Part shown: positions 13,012 through 30,158 of the stretch, one piece after another | How positions within the stretch are numbered: position 1 is the stretch's first letter | Layout: the number at the start of each line of letters is the position of its first letter | NCBI GenBank assembly: GCA_973851085.1 | Contig: OZ316775.1 | Coordinates: 8,866,001 to 8,930,000 of the forward strand | Reading direction: 5' to 3' | DNA from: Ptychomitrium polyphyllum | Lineage: Eukaryota | DNA: 64,000 nt | Translations under genes and position numbers: made by a program | The notes under the pieces: model-generated | The model's input: only the letters and a program-made list of their open reading frames with translations | The model's database searches: none | Told to the model about the DNA's origin: nothing

Positions 13012-14747
13012 GGTCTTTCTTCACTATCTTAATATAGCTTAGAAATAGAGCTTGCTCTTAAATAATTGTGAATTCCAACCAATACACCTCCCCCTAACTG
13101 TGTCCTTTTTTTCAATATGTAGTCTTGGACCTTCATGCCGTTTATAAGGGAACTAGCATGACATTGAATATTTTTGTGCTCCAATATCACTGCAACATCT
13201 CTCCATTGCCACACATTTGACTCCTTAGTATTATAAACCTATCTACTTTAAACTTCCAATACCACTTCATGTCCATTATTGGCCTTAACATGTCTAAATT
13301 CTTTGCTTTTGAACTACAATGTATTGATCCCAATTCTAAAACTGAAATATCCAAATCATTAGGCAATTCTTACACCATAGGTTTAGCATTCAACAAGTGG
13401 TTATCACATACAAATATTTTAAAAGGACTTGCTTTAATAATTGACAAGGTGAAAACTTTTTTCAACAGCAATAACAAAGCATGAAAAATAGAAGCTTCAC
13501 ATGTAAGATAGGAAAATAGGACTTTTGATCCAAGGCAAAAAAACCAGCTACTTACCTGTAAGCTTTCACTTGTGCCCAAAAACACATAATATAAAATAAT
13601 ATAGACAATATAAAAGAAAAGCCTTAAGTTAAAGCTGAAGTAGTTTATTCACCGTAATTCATCAACCAAAGGATCACACAAATATTGTCATTTAACTGGA
13701 TTTACTAAAAACTCCAGTGAAATGAGATTGCATTTGAAGACAATTCTATTGTAGATCAAAATTAGATTCATGGTGCGTACACAAACGTACACCCGGCCAA
13801 CAACAAGCTCACAACTTGCCCCTGCCCCAAATTTGGCTTCCCCTCTTGCATGCTTCACCAGTCCAATCATGGGGACCTCCAAAAGTCCGAAATTCTGCAT
13901 GCAGGTTCAAATTGCCCAGCCTACTTGTACAATGGAGCAACTTCCTCCACATCATTATAGAATCTCCACGTCCGAGGAAAATATGACATCATAATCTAAG
14001 CCTAAACTTAACTCACCCCATTGTTTGATCACATCGCCCTACACCAATCAACTTCCTCAGTCGATCTTCCCAACTCAACGATCTCACGCCATACATACCT
14101 GTAGGTAAACATCTAAAGCAGAAACCAAGGAAAACAAAACTGGAAACTGATTAATTATTATAAGATAAGCATAGCTTGCATTGTCTAACCCCTGCATGTA
14201 ACTAGCTAAAGCCTTACGTCAGGAGGCAGCTACAAAAAGTTTACATGTAAAGAGAACAGTAGGTTCTCACCCTTGAGAAATGAATTGATAAAATAAACAA
14301 TCCATAAAATAGAAATATGGACGTGGTGGAGATGATAATCAGATGGATAGGAGGAAAGAGTGGATCTAAAAATGACGATGAGTGAGGGCGGAGGAATCGG
14401 ATGGAGAAACTTACAAACAGAGACTAGGGTTTGGCGAGAAATTAGGGTTCGATGGGAGAGACCACAAGGAGAGGTGTGGGAGTTAAGCTTAAATTTGGGT
14501 GGTTTAAGAGGCAATCAACGGCCAGGCGTAGCGTAAGGCGAACTGACGGTGGAGATGCAATCATCAATTGCATGGAATTTATACCCGGATCTGGTGTGTA
14601 TCCGGCTTGGGGCCGGGTGTGGTGCGTGCATGGGCAATTCCAATGTGGTGGATGCCAATGTGGTGCCACACTAATGCATTATTTGGGGGTCTATTTTGGG
14701 GTGGAGCTCCTTGTGTGCACATATGGTTATTAACTTGTTAGCCTCAG

Positions 14748-14991
14748 CACCACAATCACCACAATCACCACAATCACCACAATCACCACAATCACCACAA
14801 TCACCACAATCACCACAATCACCACAATCACCACAATCACCACAATCACCACAATCACCACAATCACCACAATCACCACAATCACCACAATCACCACAAT
14901 CACCACAATCACCACAATCACCACAATCACCACAATCACCACAATCACCACAATCACCACAATCACCACAATCACCACAATCACCACAGTC
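14748..14991. repeat. Near-perfect 9-bp minisatellite (CACCACAAT)n, 27 units
   Basis: Directly visible; only the terminal unit differs (ACCACAGTC). Explains the (SPQ)n, (DCG)n and (VIV)n ORFs in the ORF track. Confidence 0.99.
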
Positions 14992-16985
14992 TGTGTGTAC
15001 TGTTGTTGATGGGATTGGAATGGTGTTGAAAGTTTCAGAGTTTTCACCTGTTGTAGATACCATCACAAAAATGGGGGTAATTGATGCATATGGCAATGTT
15101 TCTCCCTGGGTTGGGGAATCAGAACATTGAGGTCAAACACTAAGCTTGTTCATTTTTTGTTTGTGTAGCAGTCAGGTATCACATGGAAGATAGACATACT
15201 TCATTAAATGGAACAACACATTATTGTAGTGGAATGTTATAAATTAATTATAATGAATTGTATGTAGTATTTCAATGTATGTGGCAGTGAAGATTGATGA
15301 GTTTCATTCATTTGGGACCCAATCTTCAATTAAATGTATTTCTTAAGAAAAATGAAAATCTTTAGTAACTATAAGTATTTTTTCTCTAGAGGATATTTCA
15401 AAGGATTTCTCACAAGTTAAATAGATTGAAACATTATTTCACTTTTTAGATTTAAAAAGTTTCTTCTCTTCTAATGTTTTCTTTGTATTTAGTTTAAAAA
15501 GTAAAGATGGTATTATTAAATTGATTAGTGCAAATTTTATTGTTTGTTCAAATGTTTATTTATAGTAGTAATTTAATTAGTGTTGAGCACTAATGTTTTA
15601 GTAATAAGATTTATTCCTATAAGAATCGGCATCCACTGCAATGCAATGACTTTAGATATAATTAGTATTAAAGATAATGATCAATAGAATATAATTGTTT
15701 AGGACACTGCCACGTCTTGCTGGATGCACATTTTTCAAGCTTGTGATGGTGCACAATTGAACAACTTAAAGTATTTCCACTTAATTGATGTGGAGCAAAG
15801 TAAAACAATTATTGAAGTGAAGTTGAAATTGAAATGAAATAGAGATCCACAACTACATTATGAGACATTATAGAAGGAAAATATCAAAGTGCTATAGTGA
15901 TGGATATAATTATTAATATATATCTAATTTTTTTAATTACTAAATAAATTTTAAAACCAATTCATTTTAAAGTATAACATTTTGATTAAATTTTGTTGCA
16001 TGAAGCTAACAAGAATGTTGTATATTAGTTGAATAATATATTCATTGAGATGGAACTATTTGTCTTTTTCTAATAAGATTTAATCATGTTAAGAGTAGCA
16101 TTTTGATAAATATTATATTACATACTATTAAAAATTATAAAAACAAAAACCATTAATTTTTGCTAAAGATGTGAGGCAAAATCTAACATCATTATGGAGG
16201 AAAAAACAAATGGATTCAAAATCATTGTGATTGTTTGTGAAAGTATAAATAGGATGAGTTTGAAGTCTTTATGTCTTTATGAAAATATGTTAGCATTAGA
16301 ATTTACTTTTGATTGCGTGTATTTGTTACGCTACAATATTCATGTATTTTTTCAAAACTTCAAAGACCTCAAACTCATTCTAATTATTGCTATTTTAATT
16401 CTTCAAAATAATATCAACATGAACTATGAAATGACATTTGTCTTTTTAATGAAATGATTGTTCCAATTTTGAACATCACCATCATGAACTTAATGAGAAT
16501 GATGTCCAAAATGTTGGTTTGTGATTCCATTGAAAGAAAATCGTTTCAGCATGATTCCCATATCTCCCTTAACAATCATAATAAAATGTAACAGAAATGA
16601 GGAACTTGAGCACCATGGAAAGGCACCAAAGAAGAGCCCCATGGAATGAATGCGTTCACAGACATAGTCATCCATTTGGAAACCCCTTTGTAAAATTCCC
16701 ACTGGCCCTACAAATTCCGCCAAAACTTTCTCATAACAGAACACAGTTCCAAAACGTAGGCTACCACCAACGTGCACCTCTGCTTGCTAGAGACATTTGT
16801 TAAACTTTCCACCAGCACGAAAAACACCCTCCCAGAAGCCTCACAGCTCGGAAGACTAAAGAGACTTTATCTCAAACAAATCTGACACCCTTGCTGCTCC
16901 AGGTAAAAGCGGCCCCTTTTACCTCCCGAAACTTGGAACTACCGGACGGCAAGAACCTTGGCCAATCAAACGAGCCTCATGCAGG

Positions 16986-17164
16986 TGGGGCCCACTATGG
17001 CAGTATCATGCAGGGGTTTGGGGGTGGGTCCCAAGACTGCACGTAGGCGGGGCCGTCCCACCACGTCACCGGAGATGTGCTGTGGCGTCAGTGTGCAGCG
17101 AGCAGTGAGCAGCGAGCAGTGAGCAGTGAGCAGTGAGCAGTGTGCAGTGAGCTCCAAACCCTAA
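16986..17164 (+). promoter_or_regulatory. RPT4 proximal promoter: TCP-type (site II-related) elements, ACGT core and telo-box
   Basis: TGGGGCCCAC at 16986-16995, GTGGGTCCCA near 17024, CCACGTCA near 17061, telo-box AAACCCTAA at 17156-17164, about 90 bp before the ATG. Telo-box plus site II pairing is established for plant growth and housekeeping promoters. Confidence 0.55.
17095..17152. repeat. 7-bp tandem repeat (GCAGYGA)n, ~8 units, upstream of RPT4
   Basis: gcagcga gcagtga gcagcga gcagtga gcagtga gcagtga gcagtgt gcagtga, directly visible. Confidence 0.9.
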
Positions 17165-17255
17165 TTCGAAGCACTCCATCGCTAGTGTCGGTGCTTGTTG
17201 CTCCTTGGGATTTCGTCGACTGCGTGCTTGTGCATCTTCCTTCTCTCCGGCAGGC

Positions 17256-20961
<3,706 letters not shown>

Positions 20962-22282
20962 GATGTGTAAATCCTTTATATGTTACGATTTGCCATCAGA
21001 CACTACTTTAGACATTTTTCCAAAGCCGAATCCTCATGAGAACAGTTTCAGGCACACATCATGTGTATTCTACTGTTCATATTCTGCTACTTCTGAAAAA
21101 TAAATTGTTCTGTTTGTATGTACGAACGCTTATATTTTCAATTCTGTCAATCTGATCTGGGATCATTTATCACACATTCCATCCGTGTGCATAGTTTGTG
21201 TTATTATCTTGTGTAGCTATGATGTATTGTGTCACTGCAGAAATATTAAGACCTTATGTACAAGGGTTTCTAGTCGAATAGTAGTGCACTATTCAAGTTT
21301 GATTCACAGAGAATTTGAAATCAGGAGCGAGGATCGCGAGTTTCTCTACTGGGAAAGAAATAAAAGTTATGCATCTTTTCTTATGCTGGATGACTGAATA
21401 CAGCGTTCTGAAACCATTCGATCTTTGGAGGCTACACAAGGTCGTTACTTTTTCTTTTTCCTTGGTTTTAGAAATGTAATATGGAAACGTGCGAGTGATA
21501 TTGATCAGTAAAGGGTTGTTTGACCCAGTTTTCTACGTCAGCCCTCAAAGATCTCTACAGTATCAACCAATGAAAGAATTTAAACGTAAGTTAGCATGAA
21601 CTACATCTGACAGTGGATTTTCTCTGTTGGCTTCCTCAATCACGTCTCATATTAGAGTGATGCAAGGATATTTACGCTGCAATAAAAATGCATCCCTTGT
21701 CTTACTGCACAACCAAAAAAGCAGATGGAAGAAACTGAATGGGATAGAAGCCTGAAAGGCAGAATACGCACCTACACTAGAGCAAAGGGAAGTTTCCATT
21801 TAATCAAGTCTTGTCTTGAGTGTGGAGTTGCTTGTGTTTGATGAAAGCGAGGCCGGATCAGATGGGATGAGAGGTTTGTGATGGCACCCATATCTGTATT
21901 TGGGCGTGGCTGTGCCTGTTTTGGGTCCAGGTGGTTCAAAATGTGCAGCGCGTGCAGTGTTGCTGTGCAGGAGAGCGTTGGCGGTTGGATTTGAGAATCG
22001 CCACTTTTCCATTTCGACATTTTGTTTAGGTTTTGCTTCACTTCTAACACCGCGTTAAACGAGTTTAGAAGAAGGGGTGTACCTGTGTCCTGGAAATCCA
22101 CTACTCATATCAGCAGAACTGAATACTTTATTGTATCGCGTGGGTTCTGATCCAAAGTCCTGCCCTCTGCCAGGAAGTAATGACTCGGGCATTAGACACC
22201 CAAGGCAACTCCATCGTTCTATTGGAGCGCCTACGAGCGGCGGCTAAATTGAGGACGGTCGGAACCCCAATCTGCAGCTGCA

Positions 22283-25200
22283 ATGTCGATCAACGCGGTT
22301 ACGAGTGAGCAGCGCGACTACGTGTTTGTAGTGAACCCTAGTGGTATGTGGTTGCGTTACTGTATGCGTTCCTTCCCATTGCGTTCAATTGGAGAGAAGG
22401 CAGTTGTAACAGAGCGTTGTGATTCTTTTTGTGATTGTAGGTGGAAATGGGCGTACAGGCCAGCAGTGGAAGAAAATGCTACCGGACCTAAACTCTCGAC
22501 TCGGTAAAGACTGCAATGTACGCACTCCGGCATCTGGTTTAGTGGATTGATCAATTTGCTTTACTTCTCTGTATCAGAATTTTACAGTAACGTGTATTTG
22601 CTAAGATGCAGCCTTAAACCCTGTGCCCATGATATGCTGTGAAGGTAGCAGAAAAGAGTTTCCGTTTTTCCATACGATGTTGTGAAAGTGTAGGGTTTTC
22701 GTTTCATTGCGGAAGTACCATGGTTGTTCTGACATATTGATGTTCATGTTCTCTGAAAATCTGTTCCTTATGACAGATTCGTGAGGCACTTACATCTGGC
22801 CCTTTACATGCAGTTGAGATTGCGAGAAAGGTGCGTATTCTGTTTGACGATGAGAGGGCTGCCGAAGAGAGATGTTCGAGGGTACCAAACCCTCGTGTCT
22901 TTACTAAGAGTTCCTTCTTCCCTTTTCCTTTTCTCTTTTGTTTTTTCTAATAGATAACTTAGTGTGGTATTGCCGTCTTATTGCGTTATCTCAAGCAGGC
23001 AGTTCGAGATGGAGCTGCAGCGGTGATTGCCGTAGGCGGGGACGGAACATTGCTCGAGGTCTTCCTGAATAAACCAGTTACTTCTTAGTAGCAACTTTTC
23101 ACGTTTATGTTGTCTTGCCACGCCTTTCTGCATGTTGAGGGTGAGCAACGGAGCATTTGTCTGCGTGGGGGAAGCTGACTGCACTTAATATTTGAGCAGG
23201 TGCTCAATGGGTTTTTTGAAGATGGGAAGTTGGTCCAATCTCGTGGAGCTCATCCTGGACCGCCGACCGCCCTTGGGGTACCGTTTTCGATCCATTTGGT
23301 TCTGCTTCATATTCTGAAATTTGCAGTATCATTCTTCATATCGATTTGGAGTCATTCAAATACGATTGCATTTCCTTTCTTCGTTATGTGAATATTTGTT
23401 GCATATTCAGTGACAATTGCTTACTTTGTAGCACTGGTCAGGAAGGACATGAATGGATTGAGCAGGATTCTTGACCTTGAATCTGATTTTTGCAAAGGTT
23501 CTCAATACTGGTTGTTCCTGTATGGCAGCTTATTCCTATGGGTACGGGCTCCGACCTTGCACGCCATTTTGGCTGGTAAGTGTCTCAACTGTACCTTATC
23601 ATTGACCCGATGATCCGTGTAGTTTCAAACTGCATGATCTTCCATAATTTTAGGTTTCTAGAACGAATTTGTTGCACGATCTGTAGCAGGCAGGCAACAC
23701 ACTTGCATCACGATGTTTGATTGCTCTTTATTTCTATTCAAAGGAAGTAGGACTCAGATATTTGTTTGACAGGAAATCAAATGACAGTAACCAAGCCATT
23801 GATCGCCTTGTTAAAGGTGTGCTTTTCACTATCCTTGTGAATACAAGATGAGCAAAGCTGTGGACACACATCCATCACCTATATTTGACATTAGGCTAAA
23901 ACTATAACATGTTCTTGCGGAATGAACAACTTCTTCGGTCATTTGGTATCCTCGTTTAATTGTTATCTAGTCTTATGTATTTGGTTAAAGCAGGTAATAG
24001 GCGGAGGATAGATGTAGGTCGAGTGGAATTGCCTGATGACAAAGTTGATCGACACTTCCTCAATGTGGCCAGTCTCCATTTGTAAGTCTGATATGACTCG
24101 ATATGCATTTCTTATTTAGTTAGCATATATGTATTACTCCTGTTGTCTCTAGGTTTTATGCATAAATTCACCAGCTATGTACTTTGCTGACATTTAATTG
24201 TCTGGAATCTTACGATCCTGCTAAGAACCGGGCAGAGCATTAATGAGGTTTTCCTGGGAGTTGAAGGTTAGCTTCTAATTCCTCTGACTGGATGAATCTC
24301 AAAGAGTACCTAGAAATTTTCTCTCTGCTCTAACATGGAAGCTGAAAATCTGGTTGCGTTTTAAAAGTGTTGTTCTTATTTACAGGAGTGCGAAGGCAGG
24401 TCACATTGCATCTATGTACAAAAAGTTTGGCAACCTCTGTTATGTTATTGGAGCAATTCAAGCCTTCAGATCACATGAGAATCGGGACTTGAAAATGCGG
24501 GTGAGAATACTTGTATGTCTTATGTCTGTACTATTGGTTTCCTCTTGAACTTTTGTGTATAATTTGGTCGTTTCATCGCCAAGTACCCAAAGCTGTTCAT
24601 CTTTAGCCTTCAGAATGTTTTGGCTGGAGCAACTGATCTAGGATTTGACGTCATTAATTTTAATCATATGGTTCTGATAAAATCTGCACTGGTCGTTAAT
24701 TATTTCCTTCCTGTGGTGTGGCTGTTACTTTCAGACAGATGGGGGTCAGTGGACTGTAATCCCACAAGTCTCGGCTGCGTGTATTGGGAATGGTAATTAT
24801 TTTGGCGGAGGAATGAAGATTACACCGACTGCTGACCCCTTTAACGGGACACTGGAGGTAAGAAAGCATTTCCAACAAATAGCTCTGTTATTTATTGAAT
24901 TTCTTTGGACATATATGCATTGTCTTCTGTGCTCGAGAGACAGAAACCGACGGTCATTCTTTAGGTCATAATTGTGCAGTATATTATTACAGGTACAGCA
25001 TGAATGTTTTATCCTAACATCAATACGACAACTCTTCAAGTTTTATAAAATTTGTGGTTGCTACAGGTGGTAACACTCACGGGGTTCAAATGGTATGACT
25101 TTATTTTGAAGATGCACACTTTGTACCAAGGGACTCACGTGCTTCTAGACAAGGTCACTACAACTAGGTACTACTTTTACTCTCAAGGTTGTGTAATAGC

Positions 25201-25484
25201 AATGTTTAGCTGAGCTGTTTTTGACTGGATACATTTCCTACATTTGACTGGATAATCGGGTTCCAAATGGTTCTCAAGAAACCTAGGAGTTTTAAAAGCA
25301 TGTAAAGAGGCTGAAAATTGCTGTGATTTGTATGAAATATGACAGTGTTCACACCTTAGAGATGGAGGATGCAGAGAAGAAGTCAAAACAGAGGGATATA
25401 TTTGTGCAAGCCGATGGTGAACACCTAGGTTTTCTTCCGGCAAAATTCTCAATCTTACCCCAGCAATTAGACTTCATACTTTAA
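22283..25484 (+). CDS. Sphingoid long-chain base kinase 2-like (diacylglycerol kinase catalytic / YegS-like family), ~12 exons; start uncertain
   Basis: Spliced translation contains [86 protein letters not shown] and [14 protein letters not shown], ending at TAA 25482-25484. This motif order matches plant LCKB2-type kinases. Confidence 0.88.
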
Positions 25485-27222
25485 ATCTAGCGACCAGGTA
25501 AATCTTTTCTAAGAGGAAAACTCCTTCTGGTCTTTGTATCCCAATTCACACACTGATATGGTTGTTGTATACTAGGAAGGTTGTGGCTCATGTTGATATT
25601 CCAATAGTTGTTTTTCAACATTGTCACTTTGTGTTAAGATGCTGAATCTCTATATAGCAGATCTTTAAAAATAGTGGGAGCTATCTTGTTTCAAATTTGT
25701 AACTATATTGACAATTTCGATCAAGAAGCCAAAAAGCCACTGCGTTCATAGTTTTTAGTAACACCCGACTTGCCAAATGAAACCCTGTGCCATTTGCATT
25801 CCTAGCTATGGATAGTACTTTTGTTCTCCTTTTATGAAAACTTCTTTTGCATCCTTTCCGTGAACACTTCTTCAACACCCTGTTTGGTAGGGTTTTTCAA
25901 TCATCATGGCCATGTCCAAGCTTCTGGGAAGTTGGTGTTTTTGCATTGTAATTATTCAGTCTACACATATTGCAAGTCCACTCATTGCAATGACCTCATT
26001 TCCTGTGGTATTGCTTAGCATGTAATATTGTCAAATTTCATGCATGGATTTGATATTATAAACTGAATCACCAAACAACATGGAAATACATTTCAAAACA
26101 CCACATTAAGAAACGGCATAATTACATCAATGCATTCTTGATTAAATTCTAGGCATCCACTCCCACAATTCAAATTTCATTATTCACAGCATTCGTGAAC
26201 CAACTTGTGGTTATGGGGAATTCTTAAATAATAGCAACCAATTACTTATGAAAACATGCAAATCAATCCAAAATCTTTACTCTAGAATTAATCCAAAATC
26301 TTCAAAAATACTTAAAAAGGCACAAGCCATATCCTGAGTTTTCATGCAATTATGAATGTTTTTATTGGAGATGCTTCACAAAAAATTCTGAAGGCAACAC
26401 CTATAAGAATAATAATAACAACTAAAAAACGTGAGAACAATCTAACTTATAGTCTGTTTCATAAATCTAGTATTTTACGATGTTTCAAAAAAATTGGGGC
26501 TAAAAATTGTAACATAAATGTTTACTCTTTTTCCAAAAGATCCCGAGGACGCAACTCTCGTCATAAGATGTTCCCTTTGCACTCGTTGACCAGATGTTGG
26601 TTCACCTGTTACTATGCAGTCTGCATGTTTTCTGGAAGAAAAAACTTTTTTTGTCATCCAACGACGCGTTCAACGATCATTGTGAGCACTTGTATCATGA
26701 CAGTCACATGATTCGCTTTACTGCTTTCAACGCTTGGATAAAGGGAGACCTATGAGACTACTTTCACCTTTGAGAACGTCCAAAAGGGGAAAAATTTCAA
26801 CTCAGCAGGGCTGTCACATTGACACTGCTCTGTCAAGCTCAAGGCACTGCCGTCGTCCACCGGGAGAGCTGCCCAGGACGTCGCCATCCGAGTTGACCAG
26901 CAGATGTTTGGAAGAAAATAAGTTTGTTCCAAAACAAAATTGTCAAAGTCTCCAAATTATAAAGGTCTTTAGTCACGACGAGCTCATGGTATTCAGGAAC
27001 GGAGCAGGCGAACACCATCGGCATGAACTCAGAACTTAAGCCAGTGACAGCAACTCTCACTTACGCAATTATGCCATACTCTGTCTAGGAGTGTCTGGAG
27101 GTGTGCAGAACTACACACGTATTCGGTTTGCCCAATTTTCTAAGTTTCCGATTGAGGTCACTAATTCTTGAATTTAGAGTTATTGGGCAGAGATAGAGTT
27201 AGTTGCTGTTTCGGGGGGCAAG

Positions 27223-29519
27223 ATGGAGATCCAAGGACTTGTTTCGGTGGCGGTGGCGATTGTGTTGGTGGGAGCATCGGTTCTATTTCTGCAAGCCAAG
27301 ATGAGGAAGAAGATGAATCTGCCGCCGAGTCCGAAAGGGAGGATGCCCATCATCGGGCACTTGCATCTGATGGACGATAAGGAGGCGGCGCACCGGACGT
27401 TCGCGCGGCTAAGCAATGAGAACGGCCCGTTGACGATGATCTACATGGGCAGCAAGCCGACCGTGCTCGTGAGCACAGCGGCCATGGCGGAGCAGGTGCT
27501 TAAGCACAACGACCAGGCATTCGCGTCGCGTCCCTTCATGACGGCCGGTAAGACGTTGGGCTTCGACTTCAAGAGCATTGTGTTCGCCCCCTTCGGAAAC
27601 TACTACAAGCGCCTCCGTCGCATCTACACCGTGGAGCTACTCTCCCCAAAGCGAGTGGCCCTCTCCCAGGTATACTTCGCCACGGTCGATCCCCCAAGTT
27701 AGGAGCCTCGACAGGCTTACAACATACCTAATAATCTTGTCCGATTCTCTGTATACCCGCCTGGTTATTCCACGAGTATCACCTCAGGTATCAGTTGAAG
27801 AGTTGATGCATTAAAAGACCCCGGACTATGTTGAGAGTTAGCAGTTTTGGAACTGATTGCAACTTCTGTTTCCTGCAGATGGGATGTTATTTTTTGGCCG
27901 TCATGTGTGAGATTTTGATCTGTTTTTGAGTGTAGGTGCTGAGGCAGATCGAAATACAGCACGTGATGGAGTCCGTGCTGGCGGAGTCGCAAGCAGGGGG
28001 CCCCGTGAACATGACTTCGAAGTTGCAAGAGATGGGGATTGATAATCTGGTTCGAATGATCTTTGCGAAGCCGCACCTGGGTGCTACGGAGTGCCTGACG
28101 CGGGAGGAAATGGTTACGTTGAAGGGCGTGGTGAAGGAGGCTGTCAATCTCGCTGGCTATATCTATGTTGGCGACTTCATTCCCTTGCTTGACATCTACG
28201 ATTTCACGGTAAGCTCAGCAAGGTGTAGTTCACAGCAATTGTCAGGTCCTAATCGCATTTAAAAACTGACTGTTGAATCTTTGTTATTGATAATACAAGT
28301 GCTTTAAGTGGAGTGGAATATGGTAGCTTGCAGAAGTAAATTGAAGTCTTACTTAGCTGAATTGGGTAGTTAAGAGAGGAATGAAAGGGAATAGTGAATC
28401 ATATGGTCGTGTGTGTCCCGATTGAAGTAATGAATCTTTTAGCTATTGGTAATTCTTACAACTGTGAGTATTGAATAAGTTGTGTTGTTTTTTTTTGGTT
28501 GCAGGGGCACAAAGCAAAGACCCAGAAGTTAGCAGCAAAGATGCTCAAAATTGCATTGCAGTTGATTGAGAAACACAAATCCAAGGATTCAGGACTCAAC
28601 GTTGATGCGGATAAACTAAACCTGGTCGACATTCTCTTATCCCAGCAAGGAGATGACAAGCTTCCGGATCACGCCATGGCTGCCATTCTCTTTGTAAGCT
28701 CGACATAATATTCCACATTCCAATCTTCTCTATTAGGAGTCCCACAGAAAAAGTTAAACGATATCATGAAACCACGTGTCCATCTGATCCCCCATAAAAC
28801 GTGATGGGACCGTAGAGGTTCTCCTTTTAAAATTAACTATCTTTCATCTCAATGAGCAGGATTTCATCATTGCTGGGAGCGACACAACTTCAGTTTCCAT
28901 TGAATGGGCACTTGCAGAGCTTCTCCACTATCCCCACTACATCGAACGCGCCCAAGAGGAGCTTGATGCAGTGGTGGGCATGGACAGAGTTGTGGACGAA
29001 ACCGATATCAAAAACATGCCCTTCATGCAAGCCGTAGTGAAGGAGCTCTTCAGACTCCACCCAGCAGCGCCCCTAGGGATCCCCCACTACAACATGGAAG
29101 CTACCACTCTCGCAGGGTATGACATTCCTGCTAAAACCACGGTCATGCTCAACTTGTGGGCTATTGGCCGTGACCCAGCTCACTGGAAGAACCCACTAGA
29201 ATTCAACCCGGACAGATTTTTGAACAAGGATATCACAATGTTTGGGCGTGATTTTCAGCTTATTCCATTCTCAGTTGGGAGGAGGCAGTGCCCAGGTGCA
29301 GGGCTGGGTTTGGCTGTGGTGCAGCTGGCAGTTGCAAGTCTCATCCATGCATTTGAGTGGAGAGCTTACAACCAGGAACCTGAGGAGATTGACATGAGGG
29401 AGAAGCCTGGGCTAGTGACTCCCAGAATGACTGATCTTCTGGTTAACGCTGTGCCTAGGTTACCCCTTCATGTGTACCAGAGAGTATATTCGCAGAATGG
29501 CATGCAAAATGGTCATTAG
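27223..29519 (+). CDS. Cytochrome P450, A-type (CYP71 clan), ~522 aa, 4 exons
   Basis: Exons 27223-27669, 27936-28208, 28505-28693, 28860-29519, all phase 0. N-terminal anchor and proline hinge (LPPSPKGRMPIIGHLH), I-helix AGSDTTS, ExxR (ELFR), PDRF, heme motif PFSVGRRQCPG. Confidence 0.96.
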
Positions 29520-30158
29520 AAAAGTGTACACGAGAATGATTTTCAATAATTAACCATTATTGGTAATTATTGCCCAATCCGAGAGTCTCCCAGCGCGAAT
29601 GTGACAGTGGTTCCAGCATGCAATTCGCAGACATTTCTGGTGGAGTACGTGGGTGTTCACACAGAGGTCATTTTTAAAAAAAAATTTCTGGTGAAAATAA
29701 ATGATTCAAAAAAAATGATATAGAGGAATTCATAATTTTGATTTCGTAGGAATAGCTTTGGTAATAATGTAGATTGATATATTCAGACTCCAGTCATTTA
29801 GAGTTGAGGATTAGTTGACTACAATCATCTGCTGATAAGCATTGTAAAGTGGCTTCTTTTTAGTGAAAATCTTCAAGAGATCCAGGCATGGATCCAGTTT
29901 ACAAGCAACTAGGCTTTCTGTGTGAGTGTGAAACTTCATTATCTTCACAGCCAATTTCGCACACTTAGTTTTACCTTTCTACACAAACCAACACAAAAGG
30001 GCAGAATGGAAACGTCTAAGGAAGCTTCTAATCACACTCCTAACTTGACAGAGCTGACGCGATTTACTGAAGTTGAAAGCTCACCAATTAGAGGTGGGAT
30101 TATGTTCAAACTGAGTGTACTGCTAATTTCTCCATACACCTTCTCCCATACTAGACAT

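Noticed and set aside
14730..15047. (VIV)n hydrophobic ORF
   Set aside because: By-product of the stop-free 9-bp repeat; no independent coding evidence.
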